A DNA stretch of 61,320 nt, counting the filler. It is 10 parts of 10 records of this genome, joined end to end, with 100 filler letters (N's around TTAATTAATTAA, not from the genome) between each part and the next. Parts side by side here need not be neighbours in the genome. Positions count along the whole stretch, not along the records: positions 18,858 to 25,608 come from SRR31147125_319515; positions 25,709 to 31,373 come from SRR31147125_320033; positions 31,474 to 37,571 come from SRR31147125_321962; 7 more parts are not named here. One strand, given 5' to 3'. Shown one piece after another: positions 21,276-31,613 of this stretch. Position numbers and translations under genes: made by a program. Position 1 is the stretch's first letter. Every line of letters starts with the position of its first letter. The notes below the pieces were generated by a model, which saw only the letters and a program-made list of their open reading frames with translations, ran no database searches and had not been told where the DNA came from.

Positions 21276-21740
21276 ATGAAATGCCCCTATTGCGGTCATT
21301 TGGATAACAAGGTGATTGACTCTCGGCTGAACAAGGATTGTACGATTACACGACGGCGAAGATCGTGCCTCGCCTGTGATCAGCGTTTTACCACCTATGA
21401 GCGGCTTGAAGTGATGATGCCTGTACTGGTGAAAAAAGACGGTCGGCGTGAGCCGTGGGACCGCCAGAAAATGATCGTCGGACTCGAAAAAGCCTGTGAA
21501 AAGAGACCGATCAGTCGTGATTCCATTGATCTGTTTGTCGATGATATTGAACACCAGCTGCAGGACGTCGGGTCAAAGGAGGTCGCGTCATCGGTTATCG
21601 GAGAGTGGGTGATGGAAAAACTCTCCCAGCTCGACGAGGTCGCCTATGTCAGGTTTGCATCCGTCTACCGTCAGTTCAAGGATGTCAACGAGTTCATGGA
21701 TGAGCTGAAGGTGCTGCTCGAATCGCGCGAAGAGCTATGA
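21276..21740 (+). CDS. nrdR: Transcriptional repressor NrdR
   Basis: MKCPYC...RRRRSC..C.QRFTTYE, ATP-cone, VAYVRFASVY. RBS GAGGAGG. Confidence 0.97.
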   Translation: MKCPYCGHLDNKVIDSRLNKDCTITRRRRSCLACDQRFTTYERLEVMMPVLVKKDGRREPWDRQKMIVGLEKACEKRPISRDSIDLFVDDIEHQLQDVGSKEVASSVIGEWVMEKLSQLDEVAYVRFASVYRQFKDVNEFMDELKVLLESREEL

Positions 21741-21756
21741 TGGCGGCAGAGGATCT

Positions 21757-22887
21757 ATGAGCGACTCGTTCAGTATCGTGGAAGTCCATTTCATGCGGGA
21801 AGCGCTCAAAGAAGCCCGAAAGGGCGTCGGGCGCACATCCCCGAATCCCTGTGTCGGTGCGGTTATCGTGAAGGACAACCGCATCATTGCCCGGGGATAC
21901 CACAAGCGCGCCGGTGGTCCGCACGCTGAGATTCACGCCCTTGAGGCGGCAGGACGGGCTGCCGCGGACGCGGATATGTACGTGACCCTCGAGCCATGCA
22001 GCCACACGGGCAGGACGCCGCCGTGCTGCCGTGCGGTTGCCCGCAGCGGAATAAAGAATGTCGTGATCGGTATGCTGGACCCGAACCCACTGGTGGATGG
22101 GGGAGGCGTCGCCTACCTGCGTGCACGGGGAGTGAGCGTTCGGCACGGACTGCTCGAGGCCGAGTGTCGTGAGTTGAATCGTCCGTTCATTACCTCCGTC
22201 ACCAGAGGCAGGCCATGGACGGTGATGAAGGCGGCCCTGACGCTTGACGGAAAACTGACATTTAGGCGCAACCATGCGGACAGGATCACTGGAGCGGCGA
22301 CATCTCGGAAGGTACACCGGTTGCGTGACCAGCTCGATGCCATCCTGGTGGGTGCGGAGACCGTCAGGATAGACAACCCCTCTCTGACGACGAGGATCAG
22401 CGGGCGGCGTGGAAAGAATCCGATCCGTGTCGTCCTTGATTCAAGGCTGCGGGTACCGAAGGACGCTCGGCTCATAGCCGAAAACGAAGACGGGTTGACC
22501 TGGATATTCTGCTCCGTCGATGTAGAAAAGGAGAGGGTTCTCAGGTTCAGGGACGCAGGGATAACAGTGATCCCCGTGGAACCCGATGAGCGGGGCAGGG
22601 TCGATCTGCACCGGGTGACGACTGAACTGGGGCGCCGGCAGGTGTGCTCACTGCTGGTTGAAGGCGGCGGCGCGGTGCACGGCTCGTTTCTCAACAGCCG
22701 CCTGATTGATCATGTCATGCTCTTTTATGCACCGTTCTTCGGAGGCGACGACGGGGTCGGCCTGCTCAGCGGTTATCAGGTAAACGGCGGCGGCGAGCGG
22801 GCGGTTCGCCTCGAAAATATGCATCAGCGCCGGTTCGGTGAGGATGTGATGGTCAGCGGGGACGTGGTCTATCCTTCATCTCGTTAG
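21757..22887 (+). CDS. ribD: Bifunctional riboflavin deaminase/reductase
   Basis: PNPCVGAV, HAE, TLEPCSH.GRTPPC, TLDGK, DNPSLTTR, LLVEGG. Confidence 0.96.
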   Translation: MSDSFSIVEVHFMREALKEARKGVGRTSPNPCVGAVIVKDNRIIARGYHKRAGGPHAEIHALEAAGRAAADADMYVTLEPCSHTGRTPPCCRAVARSGIKNVVIGMLDPNPLVDGGGVAYLRARGVSVRHGLLEAECRELNRPFITSVTRGRPWTVMKAALTLDGKLTFRRNHADRITGAATSRKVHRLRDQLDAILVGAETVRIDNPSLTTRISGRRGKNPIRVVLDSRLRVPKDARLIAENEDGLTWIFCSVDVEKERVLRFRDAGITVIPVEPDERGRVDLHRVTTELGRRQVCSLLVEGGGAVHGSFLNSRLIDHVMLFYAPFFGGDDGVGLLSGYQVNGGGERAVRLENMHQRRFGEDVMVSGDVVYPSSR

Positions 22888-23846
22888 CCGGTCGTTCGTT
22901 TCACGGTCGATTCCAAAAAATTCCTGCACTCCTCCAGTCGGGGGAAATCCATTTCCAGCGTGACCGTATCCTGCTCGAAGGACGGGCTGTGACTCATTCG
23001 GCAGTTTTCCGGCAGTTTCAGATTCTTCACGTCCTGTGCGAATTTTTCCTCGGCTCGGCTGCTGAGCGGGTGGCTCGACCGGTGGAGGGCTTTCATCAGG
23101 CGGGCACTTTGCTGGGGGATGTTGTCGACGTTCCCGGAAAGCAGTTCTGGAAAATCGGTCGCAAAAATATCGTTTATTGAGCATTGCCGACAGGTGGCGA
23201 TGATCCGGCAGAATTCGATAAGCTTCCGTTGTTTGTTCGCGTTCAGTGCCAGTCGGGTGATGATTGCAAACAGAGCCTGCCGCTCCCCGGCGTCAAGACC
23301 GGTTAAAAACAGTCCAGTTTGAGCTGAACACGCGCTGGAGTGGATGGCGCTGCGTATCGCCGGCTCAAGAGTAAGAAGGCTTTTCAGCTCCCCGCGTTTC
23401 CGGCTGGTGCGCAGGGATTTGAGTTGTCCGAAGGCGGTGAAATCGGGGATGGGACCGAGGATGGGTTCGGCCAGGGCCGCGAGGCGGGCGGTCTGGATGG
23501 GGGAAAGCGGTCCGGTACGGAGCTGTTCTTCGATAACGAGGGGCAGCAGTTTATCCGGATCAACGGCGGGATCGATTATCAGGCAGGGGGCCTGAGGATG
23601 TTTCGCCAGCTGGTTGAGAGCAGCAATGCGCCTGGTACCGCAGACGATTTCGTAGGATGGTGACGGGTCCCTTTCCGTTTGTCGCAACTGCAGAATCGGC
23701 GGGTGCAGAATCGAAAAGCGCTCTATGGAATCAATCAACTCATCCCCGGGCTCTGCGGGCAGATCCTGGTTAAGGCTCCAGCGTCGGCCTGGCGCAATCT
23801 GGTCAAGGGAGACGATACGGGGAGACAGGTACACCATGGTTGGCAT
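22884..23846 (-). CDS. ParB N-terminal-domain protein
   Basis: LIDSIERFSILHPPIL and YEIVCGTRRIAAL resemble ParB box I/II. Helical C-terminus. Confidence 0.7.
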   Translation of the reverse strand: MPTMVYLSPRIVSLDQIAPGRRWSLNQDLPAEPGDELIDSIERFSILHPPILQLRQTERDPSPSYEIVCGTRRIAALNQLAKHPQAPCLIIDPAVDPDKLLPLVIEEQLRTGPLSPIQTARLAALAEPILGPIPDFTAFGQLKSLRTSRKRGELKSLLTLEPAIRSAIHSSACSAQTGLFLTGLDAGERQALFAIITRLALNANKQRKLIEFCRIIATCRQCSINDIFATDFPELLSGNVDNIPQQSARLMKALHRSSHPLSSRAEEKFAQDVKNLKLPENCRMSHSPSFEQDTVTLEMDFPRLEECRNFLESTVKRTTG

Positions 23847-23910
23847 GTTATAGACAGGTAGTGAAGCAGTCGGTTGATACCGGTCTGCAGGGCGGTGTCA
23901 GCCGGATAAG

Positions 23911-23947
23911 AAAACCTGCTGTACGCATCGAAGAGGCATACAGCAGG
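23911..23947 (-). terminator. Rho-independent terminator after ihfA
   Basis: CCTGCTGTA / TACAGCAGG stem, followed by TTTT on the minus strand. Confidence 0.6.
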
Positions 23948-23976
23948 GCAACAGGTGCTGAGTTTTAGCCGGTCCG

Positions 23977-24261
23977 TTATTTGTTGATCTTTTCGCGCAG
24001 GATACCCGAGGGCTTGAACGTCACGACCCGACGCGCATCCAGGGTGAGTTCCTCTCCTGTCTGCGGATTTCTGCCCCTGCGGGAGTTTTTATCCTTGACG
24101 TTGAACTTTCCGAAACCGCTCAACAGCAGGTCGGACCCGTCGATCAGTGATTCCTTGGAGAGCCGCAGAAACGCTTCGACGGAGGCAGTGGCCTGGGCCT
24201 TGGTCAGCCCCTCATGGTTCTTGTATACCTGCTGAATCAGATCAGCTTTTGTCAGAGTCAT
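23977..24261 (-). CDS. ihfA: Integration host factor alpha (HU/IHF family)
   Basis: MTLTKADL, LSGFGKF, RGRNPQTG, RRVVTFKPS. RBS GGAGGAG. Confidence 0.9.
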   Translation of the reverse strand: MTLTKADLIQQVYKNHEGLTKAQATASVEAFLRLSKESLIDGSDLLLSGFGKFNVKDKNSRRGRNPQTGEELTLDARRVVTFKPSGILREKINK

Positions 24262-24368
24262 AGTCTCCTCCTGGCCCGTGGGCGATTTATCCGTGTCTCG
24301 AAAGACTGAGACATTTGGAAAAGTCTAATATTATCAAAGCATTGAGTAAAAATCAAGACAATTCGTCA

Positions 24369-25574
24369 CTACACGTGACCAGCCATCTCGAAAATCGGCA
24401 GATACATCGCTACTACCAGGGTACCGATCATGCCGCCGAGAAATACCATCATGAACGGTTCGATCATTGCCGTGAGGTTGGCGACCGCCTGGTCGACCTC
24501 CTCGTCGTAGAAGTCGGCGATCTTTTCGAGCATCGTGTCGAGGGCACCAACCGACTCACCGACATTGATCATCTGTACGACCATGTTGGGGAAGACGCCG
24601 CTTTCCATGAGCGGTTCTGCCATCGGGCGACCTTCGGCAATAGCGTCGCCAACCCTGAATACGGCACGTTCGATCACCTTGTTGCCTGCGGTCTTGGCGA
24701 CGACCTCGAGGGCTTCGAGGATAGGCACGCCACTCTGCAGCATGGTACTCAGTGTACGGGTGAATTTGGCTACCGCTACCTTGCGGATAAGGATACCAAC
24801 CACCGGCATGCGCAGAAACATCTGGTCAATTCGATAGCGCCCTTTTTCGGTGGAGTAGACCCGTTTGAAAATGTATATGAGCAGTACCACCGGCAGGATT
24901 ATCCAGAGCATGTGCTCCTTGAAGGCGTTGCTCAGCCCGACGACGATCTGGGTCGGGATCGGCAGTGCGGCATCCATCTGGGAAAACATTTCCTCGAATA
25001 CCGGGATAACGAATACCAGGATAACGACCAGGATCAGGATGGATATCGCCAGACAGATGGAAGGGTAGGTCATGGCTCCTTTGATCTTTTTCTTCAGAGC
25101 CATGGTTTTTTCCATGAAAATCGCGAGCCGGTTCAGGATCGTGTCGAGAATACCGCCGGTCTCGCCTGCCTCGATCATGTTCGAGTAGAGGCTGTCGAAC
25201 ACTTTCGGGTGCTTGCGCATGGAGTCGGCGAAGGTCGTTCCTGCCTCAACGTCTTCCTGTATCTCGGCTATGGTCCGCTTGAACGTGGTGTTTTCCTGCT
25301 GCCGACTGAGAATTTCCAGGCACTGTACCAGGGGAAGACCGGCATCGATCATGGTTGCCAGCTGTCTGGTAAAGATGACCACGTCTTTATCCGTGACCCG
25401 GGGCTGGAAGAACGGGATGCTTTCCAGCAGATCTTTGGGTTTCTCTTTGACAACCGGATCGGTAATGCGCATCCGTTTGACGTGCGCGAGCGCTGCCGCC
25501 TGGTCAGGTGCCTCGACCTCACCCTTGCGTCGTTCACCGTACTGGTTTCGACCTTTCCATACATAGACAGGCAT
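24369..25574 (-). CDS. pilC: Type IV pilus inner-membrane platform protein (T2SS-F family)
   Basis: FTRQLATMIDAGLPL, AGETGGILD, AMTYP, GESVGALD, AMIEP, AMYLPIF. Confidence 0.93.
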   Translation of the reverse strand: MPVYVWKGRNQYGERRKGEVEAPDQAAALAHVKRMRITDPVVKEKPKDLLESIPFFQPRVTDKDVVIFTRQLATMIDAGLPLVQCLEILSRQQENTTFKRTIAEIQEDVEAGTTFADSMRKHPKVFDSLYSNMIEAGETGGILDTILNRLAIFMEKTMALKKKIKGAMTYPSICLAISILILVVILVFVIPVFEEMFSQMDAALPIPTQIVVGLSNAFKEHMLWIILPVVLLIYIFKRVYSTEKGRYRIDQMFLRMPVVGILIRKVAVAKFTRTLSTMLQSGVPILEALEVVAKTAGNKVIERAVFRVGDAIAEGRPMAEPLMESGVFPNMVVQMINVGESVGALDTMLEKIADFYDEEVDQAVANLTAMIEPFMMVFLGGMIGTLVVAMYLPIFEMAGHV

Positions 25575-25608
25575 AGTGATCTCCAGAAATGCGGGACTTA
25601 TATGTAGC

Positions 25609-25708
25609 NNNNNNNNNNNNNNNNNNNNNNNNNNNNNNNNNNNNNNNNNNNNTTAATTAATTAANNNNNNNNNNNNNNNNNNNNNNNNNNNNNNNNNNNN
25701 NNNNNNNN
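25609..25708. other. Artificial contig spacer
   Basis: N44-TTAATTAATTAA-N44. Confidence 0.98.
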
Positions 25709-25710
25709 AA

Positions 25711-25734
25711 GAGGAGGAGGAGGAGGAGGAGGAG
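25711..25734 (+). repeat. (GAG)8 microsatellite encoding poly-Glu
   Basis: Read directly at the contig edge. It may be what broke the assembly. Confidence 0.9.
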
Positions 25735-28700
25735 GATGGGAGACAGCGGGGCGTTCGTTCCCTCATGACAGTTCTGTCCGATGATCTGGCAAGTCAGGCC
25801 ATCACACAACCTATCATGTGCCTCTTGCAAGGTGAAGGTATCATCTGGGATGTGTCGGACGGTGTGCACTACCCCATGTACAAGAAGGACTCCCTGTGGA
25901 ACACAAATCCGAACTTCGACTACGGTGTTTTCCGAAAACTGGGCATGCGCATCAAGGGTGGCGCACAAATCACAAGCTTCTCGTTTTCCTTTAGTGATCC
26001 TGGCATTTATCATTTTACAGACAGTGTGAACACCGACCGCCAAATGGTGGTTGCTGTGATGGTACGCGAAGCTCAGTGTCCGACAGGCGACGCACGGATT
26101 CAGCCCCTAACATCGGAATCGCTCGTGGTGGTTGGTGTAACGCGTCAGAGCGAGATCACGGTTGAACCAGACTGGATTGTAATGGGCAGCATCCTTGGTA
26201 GCCTTGTCTTCATCCTGGGTGGGTCCATTGCCATCATCTACTACTTCCGGCGCTTGAGTTGGGCACCTCCCGAGGCGCATCAGCCGCGCTACCGTTCTAT
26301 CGGCCAGAAACATGACTTTGATCTCTACGCTTCAAAGGGCTCCAGTGTTGCAGCACGTATGAAGAAGCATCGTCTTCCCGCGGAAGAGGGCGAAGGCGAA
26401 GGGGAGGGCGAACTCCAAATTGATATGGGTGCCTATCACGACGATTTCTGGGACTATGAACGCCAGGTTGACTTGGAAGGCTTTAATGTGAAGACATTGT
26501 ACGACAAGCTCGAGGATCAAACCATTCACGTGACGTCCCAACTTGCCAAACAGACGGCGGATGTCAAGGCCTTCTACGAAAAGATCGCACGGCAAACGGA
26601 GCAGGTCAAGCGTTTGGTCATGTCCAAAGCTACAGGTGGCCCCATGGGGCTTGCCAGCCTTCCTGCTGGTTCAGGTCTGGACATTTTCGAAGAGATTGAC
26701 TGGACACAGTCTCCTCTTGCCGAACAGATCGATCCACACCAGGAGGCCGCCAATCTCGAGGCGGCTGAACGTGAACTGGCTGCACGTAAAGCATACGAAC
26801 GGCGCCAAGAACGCCTTCACACCGATGTGGAGGCCGCCGATTCTGAGTTTGAGCGGATCATCTCACGGGCAATGGAGAATCCGCAGGCCATGGATGGAAC
26901 TCTGCTCAAAAGCGCTGCCAACACACTCACAGTGAAGTTCCAGGCCCTGAAGGTGAACTTTGATCAAGAGATTGAGCGGCGCACGGAAGTGAAGGAGGCG
27001 CAACCCGATGTTGTTGAGTGGGCGGGTGACTTGATAGCACTGGACCGGGAAGAGGAGGCAAATGAGGCACAATACATTGAAGAACATGCAAAGATTGCCG
27101 ATACCTTGTCCAAGTACTCGAAACGAGTCCGTGAAGCGGAAAAGAGCTACCGCTCCCGACACGACGAGCTGGAAGGGGCCGTTGCAACCCCCGGTGCCGT
27201 GCAGAATCTGGAAGACAAGTATCAGAATCAACTACAAGGATTCCGCGCTAAATTCGAGGGCGATGTGCATCGACAGCGTGTGGTCTTGCAAACGAACATT
27301 GCCAATCGTACCACTCTTCGCGACCGGGCATGCCGTATGCGGGATGACATCAAATCGCTCATGGGTGAAAAGCGTGCTGAGATCATGGCCTCGACACGGG
27401 CAGCACCACGGCGCCTGGCATCCTCACTCCCACCACCGCCACGAGGACAGGCTCAGAGTGAGATTAAACAGGTGTTAGCAGGACTTCTGGGCCGTCCCGA
27501 GGGTGCAACCATCGATCCTCACTCCGGTCTCCTGGTTCCCGTCCAGTCGGCACACGGACCCACGTTTGCAGCCGAAATTGAACAACCACCGGAACTGTGT
27601 GAAGTGCGCCCACCCGGCGAAACCTCCGAGGAAATGGATCGACGACACAAGGCCGAAGAAGAACAACAACAACGCTATCTCGCCGAGGAAGAAGCTCGGG
27701 AGATGGCACAACTTGCAGATCAATTCCGTTATCAACGAGAAAAGGTTATCGGCGACGAATCCCGGGTTACCGCACAGGGGGATCAGAAACACGTTACCTT
27801 TAGGCAGGCAGGGCAAGATGCAACGAAACTGGGACACATTTTGGAAGTGGAGCAGAAAAAACAAGAGGGAATTGTTCGTGCTGCCATGGTGGAGCGACGT
27901 ACCCGTCGCTTGGACAATCTCCGTAATCGTCACATTTTGGAGGCACAAGATATGAAGTTGCAAAATGAGCATATGTTACAGCGTGAGGAATTGGAGATGC
28001 GTCAGGAAGCGGAAAGGCTCGAGATAGAGAGTGATGCTCCCAGGGAACAAGACACGATAGCACAAGAAGTAGCAACACTCCGTTCGAAACATCAGACTGT
28101 AATTGCGGAACGTAGACAGGCTCTGGCTCTGGCTCTCGAGAACCAGCACGACTTGACTGAGAAACAGAGGCGAAGAGTGCTGGATCAGAACGAAGCGGAG
28201 CTGAAGTCACTGGAGTCTAACTTGAATCGCGAGGCGGAGAAACATACACTCGCGCTGCAGGAGAAACTGGTTGCACGTCGAGCCCAAAAGGATCGTCAAC
28301 TCCTCGAGAGGCAACTGGAGGCGAGACAGCTGCAATTGTACAGACAGAATGAAGAGGTCCAGACACTTCGTGACGAATTGTTGAATCAAGTGGAAGTGGC
28401 AACCGTGATGGAGGCGGAGGTCATGGGTGTTCTTCCCGAGGCCCCCAGCACCTCTTTCGAGGAAGAGGCACTAGCAAAGGAGCAGCAACACATTCTCGAA
28501 GATATTCAACGGCGACAACACCACGAGGAGGAACTTGCCGCGCGTGAACTGGAGGCAGAATCCAAGCGACGGGAAGAGGAAGTTGTCTCAAATCTTGCCA
28601 AGAAGACATATGTGGCGATTCAAGAGCACAAGGGTCGGTTAGAAGCCGAGATGGCCGCAATGGGCGATCTGAACGAGAGACAAAAGGCGGATGTGATGCG

Positions 28701-31275
28701 ACAGCACCAAACAGAGCTTGTGAACCTCGAATCGTCTCTCTGCCATGACAAAGTACGTCAACAAGCGGTGATGCGCGCCAAGTTAGAGAAGAAGAAGAAG
28801 AAGAAGCAACTTGAGTTGCGGAAACGACACGAGGAAGAACTTCGACAAGAGATCGAGACACAGGAGAAGGAATCGGAGGATTTGAGGGAAAAGAAGGAGA
28901 AGGAGGCAGAAGAGAAGGCCTTGACCAATATCACGGAGCTGGTACCAGCGGGTGCCGTCACACAGGCCATCGAAGCGGTGCTCCAGGCCCGTCACACACG
29001 ACAAACACAAGCCTTGACTGCCAAGCACGTTACGGAACGAGCCACTAAGCTCAAAGAACACTTGGATGCCCTGGAGCAGCGACACGAAGAAGCGAGAGCG
29101 AAACTGGCTGCCCGTCAGCACGAAGAACTTCAGGCGGCCCTCTACCATCAAAACGCGGTGGATCCCACTCAGGCCGATACCATCAAGGCGGAACTTGACG
29201 AGAAATACAAATCTGAGCTGCGCGAATTCGAGGAGACATGTGAGAATGAAAGGACTGTTAAGGAGCGTGAAGTTCTGGCCGGGGTTACCGAACATCAGCA
29301 ACGATACATGAATGAACTTCGTCAGAAACAGGTGGAAGAAGTGGTCACGGCTATTAAACGTTTCGCCCCGGGCAAGGAGTATGAGCCTGAAGAGGAACGA
29401 ATAACCAAGGTTGAAGAAGAGCTTCGTGCACACCAGACGCAGGTGGAATCCCAACAAGAGGAGGAACTGCAACGTATGAAGGCAGAGAAACTTCAGGTCG
29501 AAGTCGATCAGCGTCGCAAGATGGAAGAGGAGTTACAGAAATTCGAAAGCGATCTGGAACGAGAACGACGAAAAGAGGAAGAACGAGCACAAAAGGCCAT
29601 GCAAGAGCTGGCAAAGCGGAAGGAACGTTTGTTGAAGGAAAAGGAGGACAAGCAACGCAAGGAACTGGAAGGTCTCGGAGAGCTTGACGAACAACAGAAG
29701 AAACAAATCATGGAAGATCATTTGAGGGAGCTGGAGCAGCTCTCTGGTGCTCTGGACAATGAACGTGATCGTCAACGACAGAAATTGCAGGAGAAGCTTT
29801 CCAAGAAGCGAGAGGATAAACGACGTGCCAAGATCAAGGAAGCGGAGCGAACGGTTCGAGAAAAGGTGGAGGAAGTGGAACGGCGCCAGGCGGAGGAGGT
29901 ACAAGTGCTGGAACAGCAACAGAAAGGGAAGATGACGGAAGTGGTCTCGCAATGGAAGAACATTGTAACCCAGGCGATCCGCAAACGCACCCTGGGGAAG
30001 AAACGAGAAAGTGTTGAAGTACTCCGACGACCAAGTCTGGGATCCGTGGGAGGACCATCTCCGAGTCCGAGGGGAATCGTTGGAGCCGGAGGAGTCGGAG
30101 GAGTCGGAGCCGTCGGTGCCGTCATGGCACCAGTGGGCGGTACAATGGAACCGCTGATGGTGAAGCTACGGGATATTGAGACCCTGTTGAAGAAGACCCT
30201 GGCTCGTCAAACGATTGTATCACGCAGCTCCACAGCGCTTCTTAATCCTCCTGGTGTCTCTGCACCCCCTTCGGGTGCTAGTTTCCAGGATCCTCTGGAC
30301 GCCACTCTTGTGAACAGCGGCGCACTCGTTGTAGTCGATGTGAAACAATTGCGACCATGCCAATTCGTAGCCTATAAGTTCGGCTGTTTCCTTGTCGATT
30401 TGTTGGTGGTTCGTCGCGGCCATCAGCCCGTGTCGCTGCTGATGGCGTCCGATCTTCCTCGGAAAGAAGCAGGACGAAATGCTTTCCGCAACTCCTTCTA
30501 TTTTGAGCGAAATGGACGAACTCTTTTCATTCGACAAGAACGAATGGAAGATGTCGGTGATCTGTTATTCGTCCTTGTGCATTGCTTGGCTCATATTCAT
30601 GTGCAAGAATTGAGTGACGATACCCTCCTGGTGTTCTTGTCGGAGTTCTACGGTTGTCTCCGGGTGATGTGTGAGGAGTTGTTTGTTGCTCGAAGCCGTC
30701 GGACGATCCCCGCTGCCAAGGTGGCTGCACCCTCGACAGCCCTTGTTAACCCCGTGGAAGCTGTGTTCCAGAACCTGAGCTCTGTTGAGGAGAAGGATTC
30801 GGTTGTGCGTGAGCTTTTGGATCTTCGAATGTTTGGTGATGTAGAAACGACGGGGCACTTCTCGGCGGAGAACATCTCCCAACGCTTAGAACGGTATACC
30901 GACTTCAATGTTAATCGTCAGCTCAAGGAACACATCCTCCAACTGGAAGCAAAGGCGGCTGATCAGCCGTCCTCATCACCCGAAGAGAGCCCAGAACCGA
31001 CGACACCAGTGGATCGCGCCGATGCACTGAATGCACAATATCTGGCACAAGCACGTGAGGCACGTCGCCTCCATACAAGTATTGAGGAAAAGGAATCTGC
31101 ATTGAAAAAGGAATCCTTGAAATTGCAGGGGATGAAGGAAGTGGGGCGTCGTACCCAGAGTTGTCGTGTGCGTGAGTTGGCAACGCAATTGCGTGTTGAT
31201 CGCGGAAAACACATGCTTGTGAAAAAGGCAATGGAGAAAACGGTGCAAGAACTGTCTCGAACTAACAAATCGTGA
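25711..31275 (+). CDS. Large, probably eukaryotic, single-pass membrane protein with a long E/Q/R/K coiled-coil tail, 5'-truncated
   Basis: The frame is open from the contig edge (EEEEEEEEDGRQRGVRSL-MTVL...). One TM segment (WIVMGSILGSLVFILGGSIAIIYYFRR), extensive coiled coil, low-complexity linkers, no RBS, GT-rich 3' flank. Confidence 0.8.
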   Translation, partial: EEEEEEEEDGRQRGVRSLMTVLSDDLASQAITQPIMCLLQGEGIIWDVSDGVHYPMYKKDSLWNTNPNFDYGVFRKLGMRIKGGAQITSFSFSFSDPGIYHFTDSVNTDRQMVVAVMVREAQCPTGDARIQPLTSESLVVVGVTRQSEITVEPDWIVMGSILGSLVFILGGSIAIIYYFRRLSWAPPEAHQPRYRSIGQKHDFDLYASKGSSVAARMKKHRLPAEEGEGEGEGELQIDMGAYHDDFWDYERQVDLEGFNVKTLYDKLEDQTIHVTSQLAKQTADVKAFYEKIARQTEQVKRLVMSKATGGPMGLASLPAGSGLDIFEEIDWTQSPLAEQIDPHQEAANLEAAERELAARKAYERRQERLHTDVEAADSEFERIISRAMENPQAMDGTLLKSAANTLTVKFQALKVNFDQEIERRTEVKEAQPDVVEWAGDLIALDREEEANEAQYIEEHAKIADTLSKYSKRVREAEKSYRSRHDELEGAVATPGAVQNLEDKYQNQLQGFRAKFEGDVHRQRVVLQTNIANRTTLRDRACRMRDDIKSLMGEKRAEIMASTRAAPRRLASSLPPPPRGQAQSEIKQVLAGLLGRPEGATIDPHSGLLVPVQSAHGPTFAAEIEQPPELCEVRPPGETSEEMDRRHKAEEEQQQRYLAEEEAREMAQLADQFRYQREKVIGDESRVTAQGDQKHVTFRQAGQDATKLGHILEVEQKKQEGIVRAAMVERRTRRLDNLRNRHILEAQDMKLQNEHMLQREELEMRQEAERLEIESDAPREQDTIAQEVATLRSKHQTVIAERRQALALALENQHDLTEKQRRRVLDQNEAELKSLESNLNREAEKHTLALQEKLVARRAQKDRQLLERQLEARQLQLYRQNEEVQTLRDELLNQVEVATVMEAEVMGVLPEAPSTSFEEEALAKEQQHILEDIQRRQHHEEELAARELEAESKRREEEVVSNLAKKTYVAIQEHKGRLEAEMAAMGDLNERQKADVMRQHQTELVNLESSLCHDKVRQQAVMRAKLEKKKKKKQLELRKRHEEELRQEIETQEKESEDLREKKEKEAEEKALTNITELVPAGAVTQAIEAVLQARHTRQTQALTAKHVTERATKLKEHLDALEQRHEEARAKLAARQHEELQAALYHQNAVDPTQADTIKAELDEKYKSELREFEETCENERTVKEREVLAGVTEHQQRYMNELRQKQVEEVVTAIKRFAPGKEYEPEEERITKVEEELRAHQTQVESQQEEELQRMKAEKLQVEVDQRRKMEEELQKFESDLERERRKEEERAQKAMQELAKRKERLLKEKEDKQRKELEGLGELDEQQKKQIMEDHLRELEQLSGALDNERDRQRQKLQEKLSKKREDKRRAKIKEAERTVREKVEEVERRQAEEVQVLEQQQKGKMTEVVSQWKNIVTQAIRKRTLGKKRESVEVLRRPSLGSVGGPSPSPRGIVGAGGVGGVGAVGAVMAPVGGTMEPLMVKLRDIETLLKKTLARQTIVSRSSTALLNPPGVSAPPSGASFQDPLDATLVNSGALVVVDVKQLRPCQFVAYKFGCFLVDLLVVRRGHQPVSLLMASDLPRKEAGRNAFRNSFYFERNGRTLFIRQERMEDVGDLLFVLVHCLAHIHVQELSDDTLLVFLSEFYGCLRVMCEELFVARSRRTIPAAKVAAPSTALVNPVEAVFQNLSSVEEKDSVVRELLDLRMFGDVETTGHFSAENISQRLERYTDFNVNRQLKEHILQLEAKAADQPSSSPEESPEPTTPVDRADALNAQYLAQAREARRLHTSIEEKESALKKESLKLQGMKEVGRRTQSCRVRELATQLRVDRGKHMLVKKAMEKTVQELSRTNKS

Positions 31276-31373
31276 TGTGTGTGATGTTGTGTGCGTGATG
31301 CGTGTGTTGTTGTAAACTGTGGAAATTGGAAGTGGCGCCCTTTTTGAATTTGAAATTTACGTAGGAAGTGGTG

Positions 31374-31473
31374 NNNNNNNNNNNNNNNNNNNNNNNNNNN
31401 NNNNNNNNNNNNNNNNNTTAATTAATTAANNNNNNNNNNNNNNNNNNNNNNNNNNNNNNNNNNNNNNNNNNNN
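31374..31473. other. Artificial contig spacer
   Basis: N44-TTAATTAATTAA-N44. Confidence 0.98.
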
Positions 31474-31613
31474 TGGGTGCACTTACACCATGAAACATCG
31501 ACCGGCGCCGCTACCTCTTGCAAAACTATACCGGCACCCTGCGGCTGAATAATATCCATAATAAGCATCATATATAGAAAAACCCGATTGAGTAATCAAC
31601 CGCTATCTCAATC

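Noticed and set aside
25711..31275. The coiled-coil ORF as a phage tape measure or SMC protein linked to the tail or Wadjet contigs
   Set aside because: It is on a separate contig, has no Walker motifs, has one TM segment and has eukaryotic low-complexity features.
31331..31360. GGCGCC followed by TTTGAA twice, resembling eukaryotic E2F/CHR promoter elements
   Set aside because: Too short, at a contig edge, with no downstream gene to support it.
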